This document shows, piece by piece, positions 24,028-37,077 of a stretch of DNA of 64,000 bases. Every line of letters starts with the position of its first letter. The stretch's first letter is position 1. The stretch is from the IMG/VR virus record IMGVR_UViG_3300021399_000096; one strand, written 5' to 3'. The DNA is from a virus. Its lineage: Duplodnaviria; Heunggongvirae; Uroviricota; Caudoviricetes. The notes under the pieces were generated by a model, which saw only the letters and a program-made list of their open reading frames with translations, was not told the DNA's origin and ran no database searches. The position numbers and the translations under genes are program-made.

Positions 24028-25650
24028 GTGCAAATTGATATAACATATGATAATCAATATTTGGTATGCAATTCAGATTATCCTTATGAATTATAGTTAT
24101 TAAAGAATTTCTTAACAAGAGAAATTTCTAATGCTTGGTTACTTAAGAAAAAGATGCCTTATATTAATACTGAACGCTGTTTCATGAATGAATATGGAAT
24201 GGTGCCAGTTGGTTTATGGTTAGAAGTTCTTCAATTTTGCAAGCAATTTAATATTTCTGCAAATCTAACAGAAAATACTACAAATTATATTAATCAATTT
24301 CAATTAGATTATCAGGCATTTCATATTTATATTGATGATATGTTCAAAGGCGCTGAAATGCCAATTTACGATACTGATGGAGAAATTGAAGGATATAAAG
24401 CATTTAAACCTTATGAATATCAAATTAAAGCTGCATATACATTATTAAAATATAGAAAAGCGTGCGGGGAGATTTCAACATCTGCCGGCAAAACTCTTAT
24501 ATCATTTATGATATTCAAATATTTAATTGATATGGGAGTTAAAAAAATTCTATATATAGTTCCATCTGTTGATTTAGCAACACAGTCTGCTGAAAAATAT
24601 GAATTATATGAATCATATCTTGCTAAGCATAAACATAATTGGGAAATTGGAATTTTACATGCTGGATTAAAGAAAGCTGAAAAAGAAAAAGTAGAATCAT
24701 GCAATATTTTATTTGGAACTTTCCAATCATTGAATAAACGTGATATTGAGTTCTTTAAAGATTTTGGTGCTTGCATTTGTGATGAAACACACCATGCAAG
24801 TTCAGACGCACATAAAAAAATATTATCAAAATGTAATAATCTCAGATATTCAATCGGTGTAACAGGAACATTCCCAAAACCAACAACAATTGAAAATATC
24901 GAAATTCAATCATATATTGGTCCAGTTGTTTATAAATTAACATCAGATCAATTGATTAATGAAGAACATGCTGCTACGCCAATTTATGTAGTTTTTCAAA
25001 TTTTAAATTGGGGAACTCAAGATGAAAAACGTCAGCTTTATTATAATAGAGCCCAAAAAGCCACTAATGAAGATGATATGCAACTTGGAAATAAATTATT
25101 AAAACAGGAACAAGCTTTTGTTAATAATTCATATACAAGATTAAAATTTATTGGAGATTTAGCTATTAAAATGGCTAAGAATACTCTTATAATATTTGGA
25201 GATGTTAAAGGTGGTTATGGAAAAAAGATAATGGAATATATAAAAGAAAATTCTGATAAAAATGTTTATTATGTTGATGGAGATACACCAAATGAAAATC
25301 GAGAATATTATAAAAAATGTATGGCTGAAGACAATAATGGGAAAACAATAATTGTTGGAAGTATCGGAACATTTGGTGAAGGAATAGATATAAATAATTT
25401 GGAATCAATATTCTTAGTTAATTCAGCAAAATCAGATAGAATGGTTAGACAAGTTGTTGGACGTGGATTGCGTAATGCATCTGGAAAAGAAAAATGTATT
25501 TTATATGATTTTGTAGACGATTTAAGATATAGTGAAGATAAGAAAAAACGATATTATGACAATTATATGTGGGCTCACTATAAAACTAGAAAAACTATTT
25601 ATACTGAACAACATTTTCCAACATATGAACAAAAATATGATTTTAATTAA
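24028..25650 (+). CDS. uvsW: UvsW-like superfamily 2 DNA helicase, 540 aa
   Basis: PYEYQ, STSAGKT, DETH, TGT, EGIDI and QVVGRGLR motifs; GTG start at 24028 with one TAG at codon 23. Confidence 0.85.
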
Positions 25651-25678
25651 AAAGAGATTCAAATTATTGAATCTCTTT
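25651..25678. terminator. Bidirectional terminator (GAGATTCA stem family)
   Basis: aaagagattcaa-atta-ttgaatctcttt between convergent genes. Confidence 0.75.
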
Positions 25679-25682
25679 ATTT

Positions 25683-26489
25683 TTATAAATTTATTACTGG
25701 ACGAATAGTTAATCCATCGGCTCTTCCAGTTGAGCCAACATCGCAACTATTATATGAATCAAAGTATAAACAATGTGCTGCATAGGAAGTATTATTTTTC
25801 TGATATAATGTAGATGACCAATACCAACCCTATCCATCAGAATTAATAAGTTCATTACTATGACAATATCCAGCATATGGAATAAATAATGTTACTATAT
25901 TGCCTTTTACATTATTTACAAATTTATACCCATTTAAACCTTTAATTCCATTATAATCTTTAGTTTCCTCATGCAGGGTATAATGTATTAATTCATCAAA
26001 CTATTTTTTAGTTGGCATATGGAATTTAAAATTTCCTATATGCATATTTTGATAAGCCGCATCATCTTCTGGTAATAACTAATTTAATTTATCACAGTAT
26101 CCATTATGACTATATGCAGGATTTCCATTATATTTAATTATTTCGTCATATGAACCTCTTGCATATTTATAATGTTCCCATTTAAATTCTGGCTTATCTG
26201 ACTCTAATTCTCCCCACGCATAATATTTACCTATCCAATCTTTAGGATTGCTAGGATTACTATTTAACTTTTTAAAATCACATCCAAGATTATACTTGCA
26301 CCACAAAGTTCTAGATGGTAATCCTAAATCAACAACATCTTTCATTAAATCTAAATATTCTTTAGTGTAGTCTTTATGATTAATCTATTTAGATTTAATA
26401 TTCTATACTTGATTGTCATCATCAAAATCATCTAGAGCTAACTAAATGCCTCTATTAACAGCTTCTAATATTTTATTATAGTTCTTCAT
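25683..26489 (-). CDS. Leader-A + VDLGLPSG domain paralogue, 268 aa
   Basis: MKNYNKILEAVNRGI(Q)LALDDF...VVDLGLPSRTLWCKYN...LFIPYAG...YWSST...TIRPVINL. Confidence 0.85.
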
Positions 26490-26566
26490 ATTCAATATAT
26501 TTATTTTTAACATTTTGACTGAATTATAATACAAATAATAAATAATAAAATTATTGAAAGGTAAAT

Positions 26567-27232
26567 ATGAAAAGTATATTTATAGGATTTGATTTTAGTA
26601 TGAATAAACCTGCCGCAACATTATTATATGATTAGCAATTTTATCATTTAATATGGCCAGCAGATTTATCAGAAAAACATTAGAATATTTATAAAGATCA
26701 TGATGTTTATTGTTATTCTAGAGGGCTGAGTGCTGTTTCTACTAAAGATAAAAATTCTCAAATTGTATTAGAGCATACTATTCGTTCGACAGAATTAGCA
26801 AATCTTATAATAGATACTTTAGATTATATTATAGATGATATGTTAAAAATTTCTTCAGATATACCAATTTATATTTCATCTGAAGGATTGTCATATGGAT
26901 CTAAAGGTGATGCAGCTTTGAATCTTGCAACATATAAAGGTGTTTTACTTAGCAAATTATATGAAAAATATAAAGATAGATTATATGGTCTTTATACATA
27001 TTCACCTATCACATTAAAGGCTACAGCAGGTTGTGCAGCTAAAAATAAACAAACATCTAAAACCACAATGATAGATGCATTTATGAGAGAACCGGTTAAT
27101 AACAAATTTCATAATGGTTTAATAGCTGGGGATTTTATAAACAAAACTGCATATATTCATTGTGTTGATGATATAGTTGACAGTTATTGGGCATTAATAA
27201 CTATGATTAAAAAGGAAGGTTTTCTTAAGTAA
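26567..27232 (+). CDS. RuvC-like Holliday junction resolvase, 221 aa
   Basis: IGFDFS, EGLSYGS, K..M and DDIVDSY acidic motifs; TAG at codons 23 and 39. Confidence 0.8.
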
Positions 27233-30200
27233 TGAATTTGAATCTTGAAATAGAACAAGGAAGTTAGGCTGACAATATTAGAAAAAGTTTAGAATAGTCA
27301 ACCGCTAATTTTGGAAAAGATATGATGTCAGAAGCAGGATTAGGAGCAGCTAACTTAGTTAATTCAATAGGCATTAATATAGATTCTGCTAATATTGAAT
27401 AGACAATTATTAGTGGAGTTGATGCTGCGTTCAATTTAGGCAGTATAAATGGTTTAACAAATTTATCAAATAATGCAAAAACATATGCAGATCAATTAGC
27501 GGCATTAGGACTAAATGCTCCAGAACAATTAGTAGATATTTTATTAGGAACTATTAATGATGTTCTTGGAGAATCAGGAGCAATTAGTGCTATTCAAAAA
27601 GGATTATAGGTTACCACAAATACTATGGATATGGCTAAAAAAGGATTAGAAATTGCATGCTCTGCAGCAACTGCCATATCTAATATTCAAAAGCTTTTAA
27701 CAAAATTAAATAAAATGCAAGATGTGGATGTAACTTGCATCCCAACAGTAAAAGATTCTGTTAGTACATTATCTGCATCAATTATTCAACAATTAACTGC
27801 GCAATATGAAGCATTAAAACAGTAGTCATTAGTTTTCTACAATTCAATGATTTGCACATCTAATGATGTAGTTTTAGACAATATCATTATTTCTATTAAT
27901 GATATATTAGAAGTCGTGGAACCTGCGTTAGATTCAATTTTACAATAGAATACTGGACATACTATTAGTGAAGTTAGAAATATTTGCAATCAGGGTTTTG
28001 CATATATTGGAATGATTGAAAGATCGGCAGCTGCAAAAAGAATAGAAGATTAGGCTGCACAAGAAGCTGCAGAAAATCAAACTATTGAAGATGAAGAAAA
28101 AACTAATAAAGTGACTAGTGAAGCATCTAAATTAGAAAATGATTTAAAAAATCAAGCGGCAGAAGCTAGTGAAGAAGTTAACGACATATTTAAAAAGATA
28201 GGAACTACCGTTTCCGGTGATGCCAAAAAAATATCAGGGGAAGCTAAAGAAAAATTTAAAAAAGAATCAATTGAAAAATCTAAAGAAAAATGGAAAGAAA
28301 AAACTAAAGATTTAACTAAAGACGTGGCTACTGAAAAACTAAGGTTATGGTTAAAAGATCAATCAATTATTTTATAGAATGCATTTCATATCTTAGTTAT
28401 TAAAGATATGATAGATCGTATAAAAACATTTTTATTACAATTATAGAATACATCTATTGAAAATCAAGCTGATTTATTAAATACGCTTACTGATATATTA
28501 GGCATATTTGAAATGTTTGGAATAAAACCCGGTGTCGAAGGAATAACAATAGATGACTTAAAAGCACTTGGAATGGTAGATACAGGAATCAATTCTGTTA
28601 TAGATGCAGCATCTAATATGAATACTATAGTTAATGGGAGTGAACAAGAACTGCTTCAATCTACTTTAACTGATATAAATTCAAATGTCGCTAAAGTAAA
28701 TCCACCATTTACATATACTCAAAGCAATCAAGGTAAAAATATTTATATAGACATTACTATTAATAAATGCCCATGTCTTCATTTAACTTAGATAATGACA
28801 TTTATTAAATCATACAAATCTGGAAAAAATTAGATATTTAATAATGGCGCAGCTAAACAAATTAAAGATGCTTTTTATGAAGCATGGGAATTGGATGATC
28901 CACTTGAATTAGTAGTTAACGCTAAAGTAGATGGTGTGACAAAATTTTATAATTTTACATTTACTGTTAATAAATCCGAAAGAAATAATTCAGATAATGA
29001 AGTTGAAGAAATAGAAACTAAACAATTATTAAGTGGAATTTCGAATGAAGCCTAGAGTTTAATGAATAATGCTACTGGAATAGTAAATAATGTAGGTAGC
29101 CAAATAACATCATTAGCAGGAAATGCTACTAATCAAGCATCAAATTTAGTTAATGGCGGAATAGATATAGCAAGTAGTATAATTGATAATGGAATAAATG
29201 ATGTTTCTCAATTATCAAATATAGACATTAATACCGACGTGTCTACTATTGAATCTATTTTACAAGGAAAAGTAATGGTGTTTGATCCAATAGTTAAAAT
29301 ATTATAGGCTTTATTACCGGTTGTTGAAACTATTAAAGTAGTATGTTAGCTTCTTTAGAATTATAGGATTAATAAAGAATTTGTAAGAACTAAACAGCAT
29401 GCTGATTTGGCTAATGCAATGAGAAAAGCGGCATAGTCTGTTATAGGTCTAAAAGATATAATTAAATTAAAAGATACAAATTTCTTTACAATTAGAACAT
29501 AGAAGATGGCGGATTGGGTTGCTAATACTTTTAGGAAAACCCCAGATGAAAATGGAATTATCACTATTGATATAATCGGAACAACCAAATTAAATACATA
29601 TTGCGCTATTAATTTAATTAGCTCAGAATGTCCATTAGACTTATTAAAAGGCACCACATTATACTATGATAAGTGGGCTATTGAAAATGGTGGATACAAT
29701 GATGGAACAACTCACGGGTTGGACAACGTCGAAATTAATAGAGATTTGGGAGAAGTTTATTATGATTCTAAATGCCGTTCAACATTAACTAGTGAAATCT
29801 TAAGAGCAAGAAAAAGAAAAGTAGATCCAAATTATGTTAAAACTGCTGAAATTGAAACTAAATCTAGTTCTATTGGAGATTTATTAAATTTAACTGAGTT
29901 TACTTCAGATGAAATGGAAGGGCAACAGACTCTGAATTTATGTAATTTGAATTTATGTCCAGCACCACCAAAACCAGAAAAAGAACCAGAATAGAGTGCG
30001 GTTATTATTGAATTTGGCGATGAATACACATTAGGCAATAGAGTTGATTATAATATTGTTGTAAAACCTGGATAGACAATTAATAAAGGAGATATATTAG
30101 CCTATATTATTAAAGGTGATATACAACAACCAATAAGAACTAAATTTACTGGAGTTGTAAGGGGTGAAAATGATTATACACATTTATACCCATCTATTGC

Positions 30201-32808
30201 TAGAAGGCATTTTATCATTGATGATTATAGCCCATGTATGCCAGTTGATTATAATATAGATGATGTTATGGATTTGTCTAAAAGATTTAAAATGGCAACT
30301 GAATTAGGAGCATTTATATTAAATTGTATGCCATTATCTATATTACCAATATTATTAGCACATGCTGATAGAAATAATGAAGTTGAATTATAGTTTGGTT
30401 CTCCTATTCCTGGAAGTATACAAAAAGCTGACGAATCATTTTCTAAATATAATGATTTTATTAATAGTTATGATGCAACCATTAATAATTTATCTGATGA
30501 AATTGCAGCTAAAAGTTCTCCTGATAATTTCAATCCAGCTAATTCATCTATTGAAGGCGCTGACGGAAAATCATATTATAAAATTCCAATTAATAGGAAT
30601 AAAGAGATATATGATGATATAATGTCAATCAGATTACAAATGATTGATACTGCAATATCTACATATAATAGTGCATTAGAAATAGGAAATCATATTAAAG
30701 GCGATTATACATACGGAGATTGTATTGGATTAGCATTTGACAAAGAACGAATATTTACACGTGAAGTAAATGATAAGAAAATAGATAATATTAATTATTA
30801 TATAAACATCTTACAAAATATTCCTGAATCTAAAGATATGAAAATGCCGGCAATCAATATAGATGCAGCATCCATTAATTCAAAATTAAATGAAATGTAT
30901 GGAACTGTAAATTCTAGTAATGCTGTAGATATATCAAATGATGAAACTATTAAAGGAATATTAAATTCTCTTTCATAGGTATCTAATAATACTGAAGAAA
31001 ATAAAGATAATTATATTAATGAATATAGAGACATTATTACTGATATAGTTAATAAACGTCTTAGCCGTGAAGGGAAAGATGTTGACAGCATAGCAATAGA
31101 GCAGTTTAATACTTATTATAATAAACATATATTATGTGATTTATACCGTCAACAACAAAATCCATTTGAAATACTAAAAGAAAAATTATAGAAGCAAGAA
31201 TCATTAGAAGACAAAGATGCTATATTAAATCAAATAAAATTTGATAAATTAGGAAAAGCATTTAATTTAGGTGATATTAAAGAATTTAACTAGTTTAAAA
31301 AAGCTGAAGAAGATAAAGTAAAAGATGATGAAGAATATTATAATACTTGCCAGCATGCATTAACAATGTTTGTATATCTTATTCATGCTAATATTAATAT
31401 TGAAAAGAAAGTTCCTTAGACAATAAGTTCTAAAACTATAAAGAAAAATGAAGACAAAAATTCATTAATTTATGCAGTTAAAAGGACGACAACCTAGTAT
31501 ATTAATTAGGATCACCAAATTGAATATAATGATGAATTATATGCTGATTTTTATGAATTGTATAATGCTATTTTAAATAATATTAAAATTGAATATGTTA
31601 AAGAATATAATAAACATATTGAATATGAGAAAGATACAATTGAAGTTGAAGATTTAACAAAAATTCAACTTGAAGAAATAAAAGCAACCACTATAGAAGA
31701 TATAGCAGAATTATTAAATACTACGTCAAATATAATTAATTATATTTTAGATGGATATGATGTTATTAATAATGTAAATAATAATTTAGATGAAAATACT
31801 TTATTATTCTTTAATAGAAAAATTAATGAAGAATTTTATGAATTAACATGCGAAGAAGCTAATTCTATAGAAGCATTTTGGAAAAAAGTTTTAGCTGCAT
31901 ATAATGATCCAAATGGAAAATATAATTTAGATAATGTTATAAAAGATATAAAAGGGTATGCAGACAAAATGAATTCATATGCAAAGTGGCCAACTCCAAT
32001 TAATATAAAAGTGGACAATACTAATTATGAATTATATACATTTGCTGATAGATATGAAGATCCTAAATCTGCTCCTAAAGAAATTTTAGTTCCTGCTGAT
32101 ATGGGTAATATAGAAATTCCAGATCCAGTTGTTGATTTAAACAATTTACCAGAACCACGAGATAGAGACAAAATAACAATAATGGATTATGAATATTGGC
32201 TTGTTTATATGTTAAATGCAACATTATTTACTTTAATTCCAACATATTGGGCAGACGGATTTGATGTTCCACCATTTATGACACCGACCCCACTTCCAGC
32301 AATATATCTTCCAATTGCTTCTCCTGTAATGATTCCAGTAGTTAATGTTTTAATGGTATTTGGAATAGCACTTAGAGGTATATGGCCAATGCCAATTGTA
32401 TTAATGGTTAATTTGTCATCTAGTGATATTGATGCAATGGTTTTCATTAAGATAGCATTAGAGATAGCAAAAGATATATTCAAAAAATCTCAAGAATTAG
32501 TTGAAAATGGAATTCCGGTAATGATTAATAAAATAGCTAATGATTATATATCAGAAAATCAAATAGCCCAGAAAGCCATTGAGAAATTCAAAACGTATTC
32601 ATCTATTATTCACGCAATTCCAATAGAAGACAAGGCTTTGATAGAAAAGAAATTTAATGAAGCATTAGTCGATGAAATGAATAAACAAACTAAATTGAAT
32701 GCAGCTAATAGAAAACTAGAAAATACTAAAAATAAATTAAAGAAATTTGACAGACGCCAAGTTATAACAAGAGAATCAGATCTTGGAAATGGCCCAGAAC
32801 CAATGTAA
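27232..32808 (+). CDS. Very large TAG-recoded protein, about 1858 aa, probably virion structural
   Basis: Seven ORF-track pieces share one frame, joined by TAG; start overlaps the resolvase stop (TAATG); Pro-rich hydrophobic segment near the C-terminus. Confidence 0.8.
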
Positions 32809-32826
32809 AAATATAATTAATTAGAA

Positions 32827-33507
32827 ATGAATAACTTTATAAATTTAATTAAAAATACACGAGATATTAAACCTGATGAAGCAGAAGAAACCATTATTAG
32901 AGGGTTAATGGTTTAGAATAAAAGATAGAATGATAAGTTAGAAGATTTAGATTCCTACGATTCAGAATCATTATTCAATGGTAAGATGTATCGTGGAAAT
33001 ATGTATATTTTTACATATAATGCTAAGAATCTGACTAAATATTCATATAAAGGTGAAGATGTTTATTTTGCTGATTCTCTTCCAGTTGTTTTAATGACTG
33101 GAGAAACATAGTCAACTATTAGAGGAATCAATTTAAATTTCTGTAATAAAGCACTTAAAACACTGATTCTTAATATATTAACTAATATGGATGAAGATTT
33201 TTATTTTGGAGATTTAGCACAAAAACAAGCCTTTAATAAACAAGCACCAATTTCTGAAAAGGTTTACAGATTTTTATCATCTGATGATGCAGAAGAAAAA
33301 ATAATTGAAGAATTGAATAGAGCTTATTCTGGAATAGATTATAAATTTATTTTTAGAAACTATGCAGTTGCTAATATAAAAGATATTAGATTAATAGAAC
33401 CATGGTAGTGGAAATATATTCCATTTTTGAATTATGATTCATTTGACAAAGGAGATACATTAAAAGCAATATAGAAAATATCGGGAATTGATAGAGTTCA
33501 TATTTAA
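32827..33507 (+). CDS. T4 gp2-like DNA end protector protein, 226 aa
   Basis: GNMYIFTYNAK...FADSLPVVL...RGINLNF matches the gp2 family pattern; several TAG. Confidence 0.65.
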
Positions 33508-33509
33508 CA

Positions 33510-33537
33510 AAAAGAGGTTTAACATTAAACCTCTTTT
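33510..33537. terminator. Bidirectional terminator
   Basis: aaaagaggtttaa-ca-ttaaacctctttt. Confidence 0.75.
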
Positions 33538-34202
33538 ATATATTTAGATAATTTGCTATAAAAATCTGTATCTGTTGTTATATTTAATAATATATGATTA
33601 ATATCTTGTTTTGAAAATTCTAAACCTTCATCTAGCATTTTTGATAATGCATAATACAAATCATCATATAATGCATTTTTCAAATTATATTGTTGGCATG
33701 ATTCATTTAATTCTCCAGTAATATTATATTCTAAATTATCCCAAAAATATTCTTTATTTAATATTCCATTATTACTAAATAAAGCATTATTAATATCTTT
33801 TTTAGTAAATGATATATTATTTTCTAATAAATCGTTTAATGTATTTGTTAATATATTCTATAATTTATTATATATTTTTGAATAATTTGTATTTTCGTCT
33901 ATTAGTTTTTCTGTTCTATTTTGTGTTCCTGAATATGGATAGTCAACATAATTCAACCTATCATGACCTTTCATCATCTATTGCATAGGATCATCATAAC
34001 CACTTAATATATTACAATTATCTATCATTTGTAACGATAAACTTAATAAATTATTGTAATCACCAGACATTGCATCTGTTCTATACATATTAATAGCATC
34101 TCTTGAATAACCGCATTGTTTCATTGCATTAGCAACATATCCTATTACTGCTAATCCATTTCCGTCTATTCCTATTAATGAATATGGATGTCTTTTTCCC
34201 AT
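33525..34202 (-). CDS. Hypothetical protein, 225 aa
   Basis: ORF 33978-34202 (YSLIGIDGNGLAVIGYV...AMSGDYNNLL) continues through TAGs to TAA 33525. Confidence 0.7.
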
Positions 34203-34259
34203 TATTAAACTTTATTAGTTTTTTATTTTATAATTTATAAATTCATTATATTTATTTTA

Positions 34260-35081
34260 ATGGAAAATATCAAGCAAAAAATAAAAGAGAAGAATAAAGA
34301 AATAAATCAGCTTTTGGAAACTCGAACTATGTCAGTTTCTAAATTAATAGAATACATGCACAAAGAGTTTGATAGAGAAGGAGTTGCAAAGAAATGTTTT
34401 GAAAAAGGATTTGATGATCCAAAATCTAAATATTATCAAATGGATGTTAATGCAATTTTAGAATCATGGGATGCAAAAGCAACAGAATCTAAAAAATATG
34501 GTTCTATGATGGATAATTATATTGGTACTTTTTTGACAGATCCAGATTATTTAGAAACATGGAAGCTTGATAATAATTATGAATATGATCCTAGAATTCA
34601 TGGACTTTGCGAAGGATTTAATCAATTTTATAAAGTGTTAACAGAAAAAACAGATTATAAATATGTTTGTCGCGAAGAAAAGATGTTTATTAAATCTAAT
34701 AAAACAGATGAATGGATTAATGGACGGTTTGATTGTTTGTTTTATTCTGAAAAGTTAAACAAATATTTAGTTATTGATTGGAAAACGTCTGGTTCAATTG
34801 ATAAAGAAAATAAATGGGAAAAATTATTTGGGCCACTCTATGATAAAGACGCGTGTAATTTGAATGAATATACAATTCAAGTTCAAATGTATAAAAAGGC
34901 ATTGTCTGAAGTATATGAGTTGGCACCATCAGAAAATATTGATGTTTATATTTGCCAATTCTCTATAGAACCTAATGAATTTGGAAATCATTTCCAATTA
35001 TATAATCAAGGTTTTGAATATGACAGTAAAAAATTGGATGATATTATAGAATTTGCATACAAAAAATCCAGAATTAAATGA
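34260..35081 (+). CDS. PD-(D/E)XK exonuclease (Cas4/RecB-like phage type), 273 aa
   Basis: GRFDCLF...VIDWKT...YTIQVQMY; no TAG. Confidence 0.85.
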   Translation: MENIKQKIKEKNKEINQLLETRTMSVSKLIEYMHKEFDREGVAKKCFEKGFDDPKSKYYQMDVNAILESWDAKATESKKYGSMMDNYIGTFLTDPDYLETWKLDNNYEYDPRIHGLCEGFNQFYKVLTEKTDYKYVCREEKMFIKSNKTDEWINGRFDCLFYSEKLNKYLVIDWKTSGSIDKENKWEKLFGPLYDKDACNLNEYTIQVQMYKKALSEVYELAPSENIDVYICQFSIEPNEFGNHFQLYNQGFEYDSKKLDDIIEFAYKKSRIK

Positions 35082-35099
35082 TTCTGGATTTTTTTCTTA

Positions 35100-35753
35100 T
35101 TAAATTGGGCGTCTAAGTGATCTTATTGCATATTTGCCATTCTTTTTGATTTTGTTTTCCAAAACTTTACAATATTCTTTAAATTGCTAATTAGTATCAG
35201 CATACGTGCCAGAATCCCAAAGTTTTACGCTAGATACATCCCAATTTGATATATCGCATTTTAATGATTTACATCCTTCAAATGCACCAATCATATTTCG
35301 TACATTACTAGTATTCCATTGAGAAATATCACCATTAAATTCTGAACGATTAGCCCCGAATGCATTTTGGAATAAATTTAACATTACAGTAACATTAGAA
35401 GTATCTATCCAATTATAATTAGCAGTTTGCCAATTAATTTTATTTGTTTCATATACTTTATATACACGTTTTAATACATCTATTAACTAATGAGTATCAT
35501 TAACTTTTAATTTTCCATTACAATCTCCAGAATTTAAATCATTTATTATTGCCATGTCCAATGGAGTTAATGGGTCATCATTATTTTTTAAAAATCTAGA
35601 TTGTATAAACATATCTGCATGGTCAATATTTCTAATACGAGATTTCACATGCTAAACTTCAGCTTCATCATCAAAATCATCAAGTTCTAATGCTTCACTT
35701 AATTTAAATAATTTATATTTAGAATCATTATTTTTCTAAAATGTAAATGCCAT
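35100..35753 (-). CDS. Degenerate leader-A + DUF285/BspA-like repeat protein, 217 aa
   Basis: LSEALELDDFDDEAEV(Q)HVKSRI(Q)N leader; NWIDTSNVT, FNGDISQWNTSNVRNM and DISNWDVSSV repeats. Confidence 0.75.
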
Positions 35754-35914
35754 AAAATAATCTAATACTATTTTTATTATTTATTTACAAAAAATGATAG
35801 TAAAAGAGACCGGTACCTTCTTTTACTATCATGTGATATTTAATTATATGATATAGTGCATATCTGAAATATTATTATCATGCAGTATTAAACATATTGA
35901 ATATAAATATCAAA

Positions 35915-36499
35915 TTATTTATTTTTGTCTACAAATTTATATTTTTTGGTTTTTAGCATATTTATATATTCTTGGGATTTTTCACATGGATTATATTCAA
36001 TATCAATTAATCCAGTTATTTTGGATTCTAATATTGGTAATAGATTTTCAATTTTATTAGAATATACAACTAGGTTTCGACCAATTTTTTTTGGTAAATA
36101 ATTTAATGATGTTAATCCACATGCGACACAAATAAAATCACCATCAACTTGCTTAGGTCCACCTCTTAATGATAATAAATTTGGTTGCCATTTACATTTA
36201 AAATCCCCATGAATAATTGTTGGAAAATTTTCAAGAGTTGTTAAATTGCCTTGTATATGATTATTATAATTGTCAATTACTACATTTCCATAAACTTCAT
36301 CAATTTTAACTTCAAGGCTATCGTATTGATATGGAATCATAATACTACCATAGACAACAATTTTTCCATCTTCAAGCTTTACTTCGAAGTCTCTTCCATA
36401 TTGTCCATATAGATTTTCATAAATCCATTTAACTCGTTCATCATTAAGATAAATCGGGTTATCTGGTAGTACAATAATATTTAAATTATTTGTTTTCAT
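35915..36499 (-). CDS. Leucine-rich-repeat-like protein, 194 aa
   Basis: Repeats LTTLENFP..I.GDF.C, LLSLRGGPKQVDGDFIC, LTSLNYLPKKIG. Confidence 0.75.
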   Translation of the reverse strand: MKTNNLNIIVLPDNPIYLNDERVKWIYENLYGQYGRDFEVKLEDGKIVVYGSIMIPYQYDSLEVKIDEVYGNVVIDNYNNHIQGNLTTLENFPTIIHGDFKCKWQPNLLSLRGGPKQVDGDFICVACGLTSLNYLPKKIGRNLVVYSNKIENLLPILESKITGLIDIEYNPCEKSQEYINMLKTKKYKFVDKNK

Positions 36500-36536
36500 A
36501 GAAATATATTTTAATTTCTATTTTATTTTGTTATTG

Positions 36537-36574
36537 TAAAATTAATACGTTTTATTTAAACTAAAAAATAGAAG
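36537..36574 (-). promoter_or_regulatory. Early-class promoter motif (variant TAATTTTA)
   Basis: 38-bp conserved motif upstream of ATG 36499. Confidence 0.65.
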
Positions 36575-37009
36575 TTAAATTTTTTCAGATAATTCTTTAA
36601 TTATTTGTTCTTTAGAAGATAGATGAGATATCCGGCATAAATCACATAAAAATTCTTTTAACTTATATGGTTGGTTATTTTCAAAATATCTGATTATACC
36701 TTCTAATGATGTATCTGGACTATTTTCATAATCATAGACTTCATACCCAGATTCTTCTAAATATCCAATAAGTTCATCTTTATCAAAATCTGCTAGAGTT
36801 ATATCGTCTCTATCTACTAAATCATAATCATCTGGATCAATTTCCCATTCAATATTGTCAAAGCGATGTTGTTCTGCTCGTTTAGCCGCTTTAATATCTG
36901 ACGCTTGTAACTCTTTTCTGTCTTTTAATTCTTCCTCTAAAATAGATGTAGGAATTTTTTCAATAATATCTTGTGCATCAATATTTATATCTACTGTATG
37001 CCAGCTCAT
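36575..37009 (-). CDS. Acidic hypothetical protein, 144 aa
   Basis: Uninterrupted ORF, no TAG. Confidence 0.75.
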   Translation of the reverse strand: MSWHTVDINIDAQDIIEKIPTSILEEELKDRKELQASDIKAAKRAEQHRFDNIEWEIDPDDYDLVDRDDITLADFDKDELIGYLEESGYEVYDYENSPDTSLEGIIRYFENNQPYKLKEFLCDLCRISHLSSKEQIIKELSEKI

Positions 37010-37077
37010 AATTAATAATTATTAAATTTTTAAAATTATATACAAAAAAGAGGTGTTTGTTTCACCTCTTTAATTGT

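Noticed and set aside
18810..33507. Apparent field of fragmented pseudogenes in the ORF track
   Set aside because: Fragments share a frame and are separated only by TAG; they are intact genes under code 15.
34260..35081. Cas4 as part of a CRISPR system
   Set aside because: No four-Cys cluster pattern, no array or other cas genes; a stand-alone phage exonuclease is simpler.
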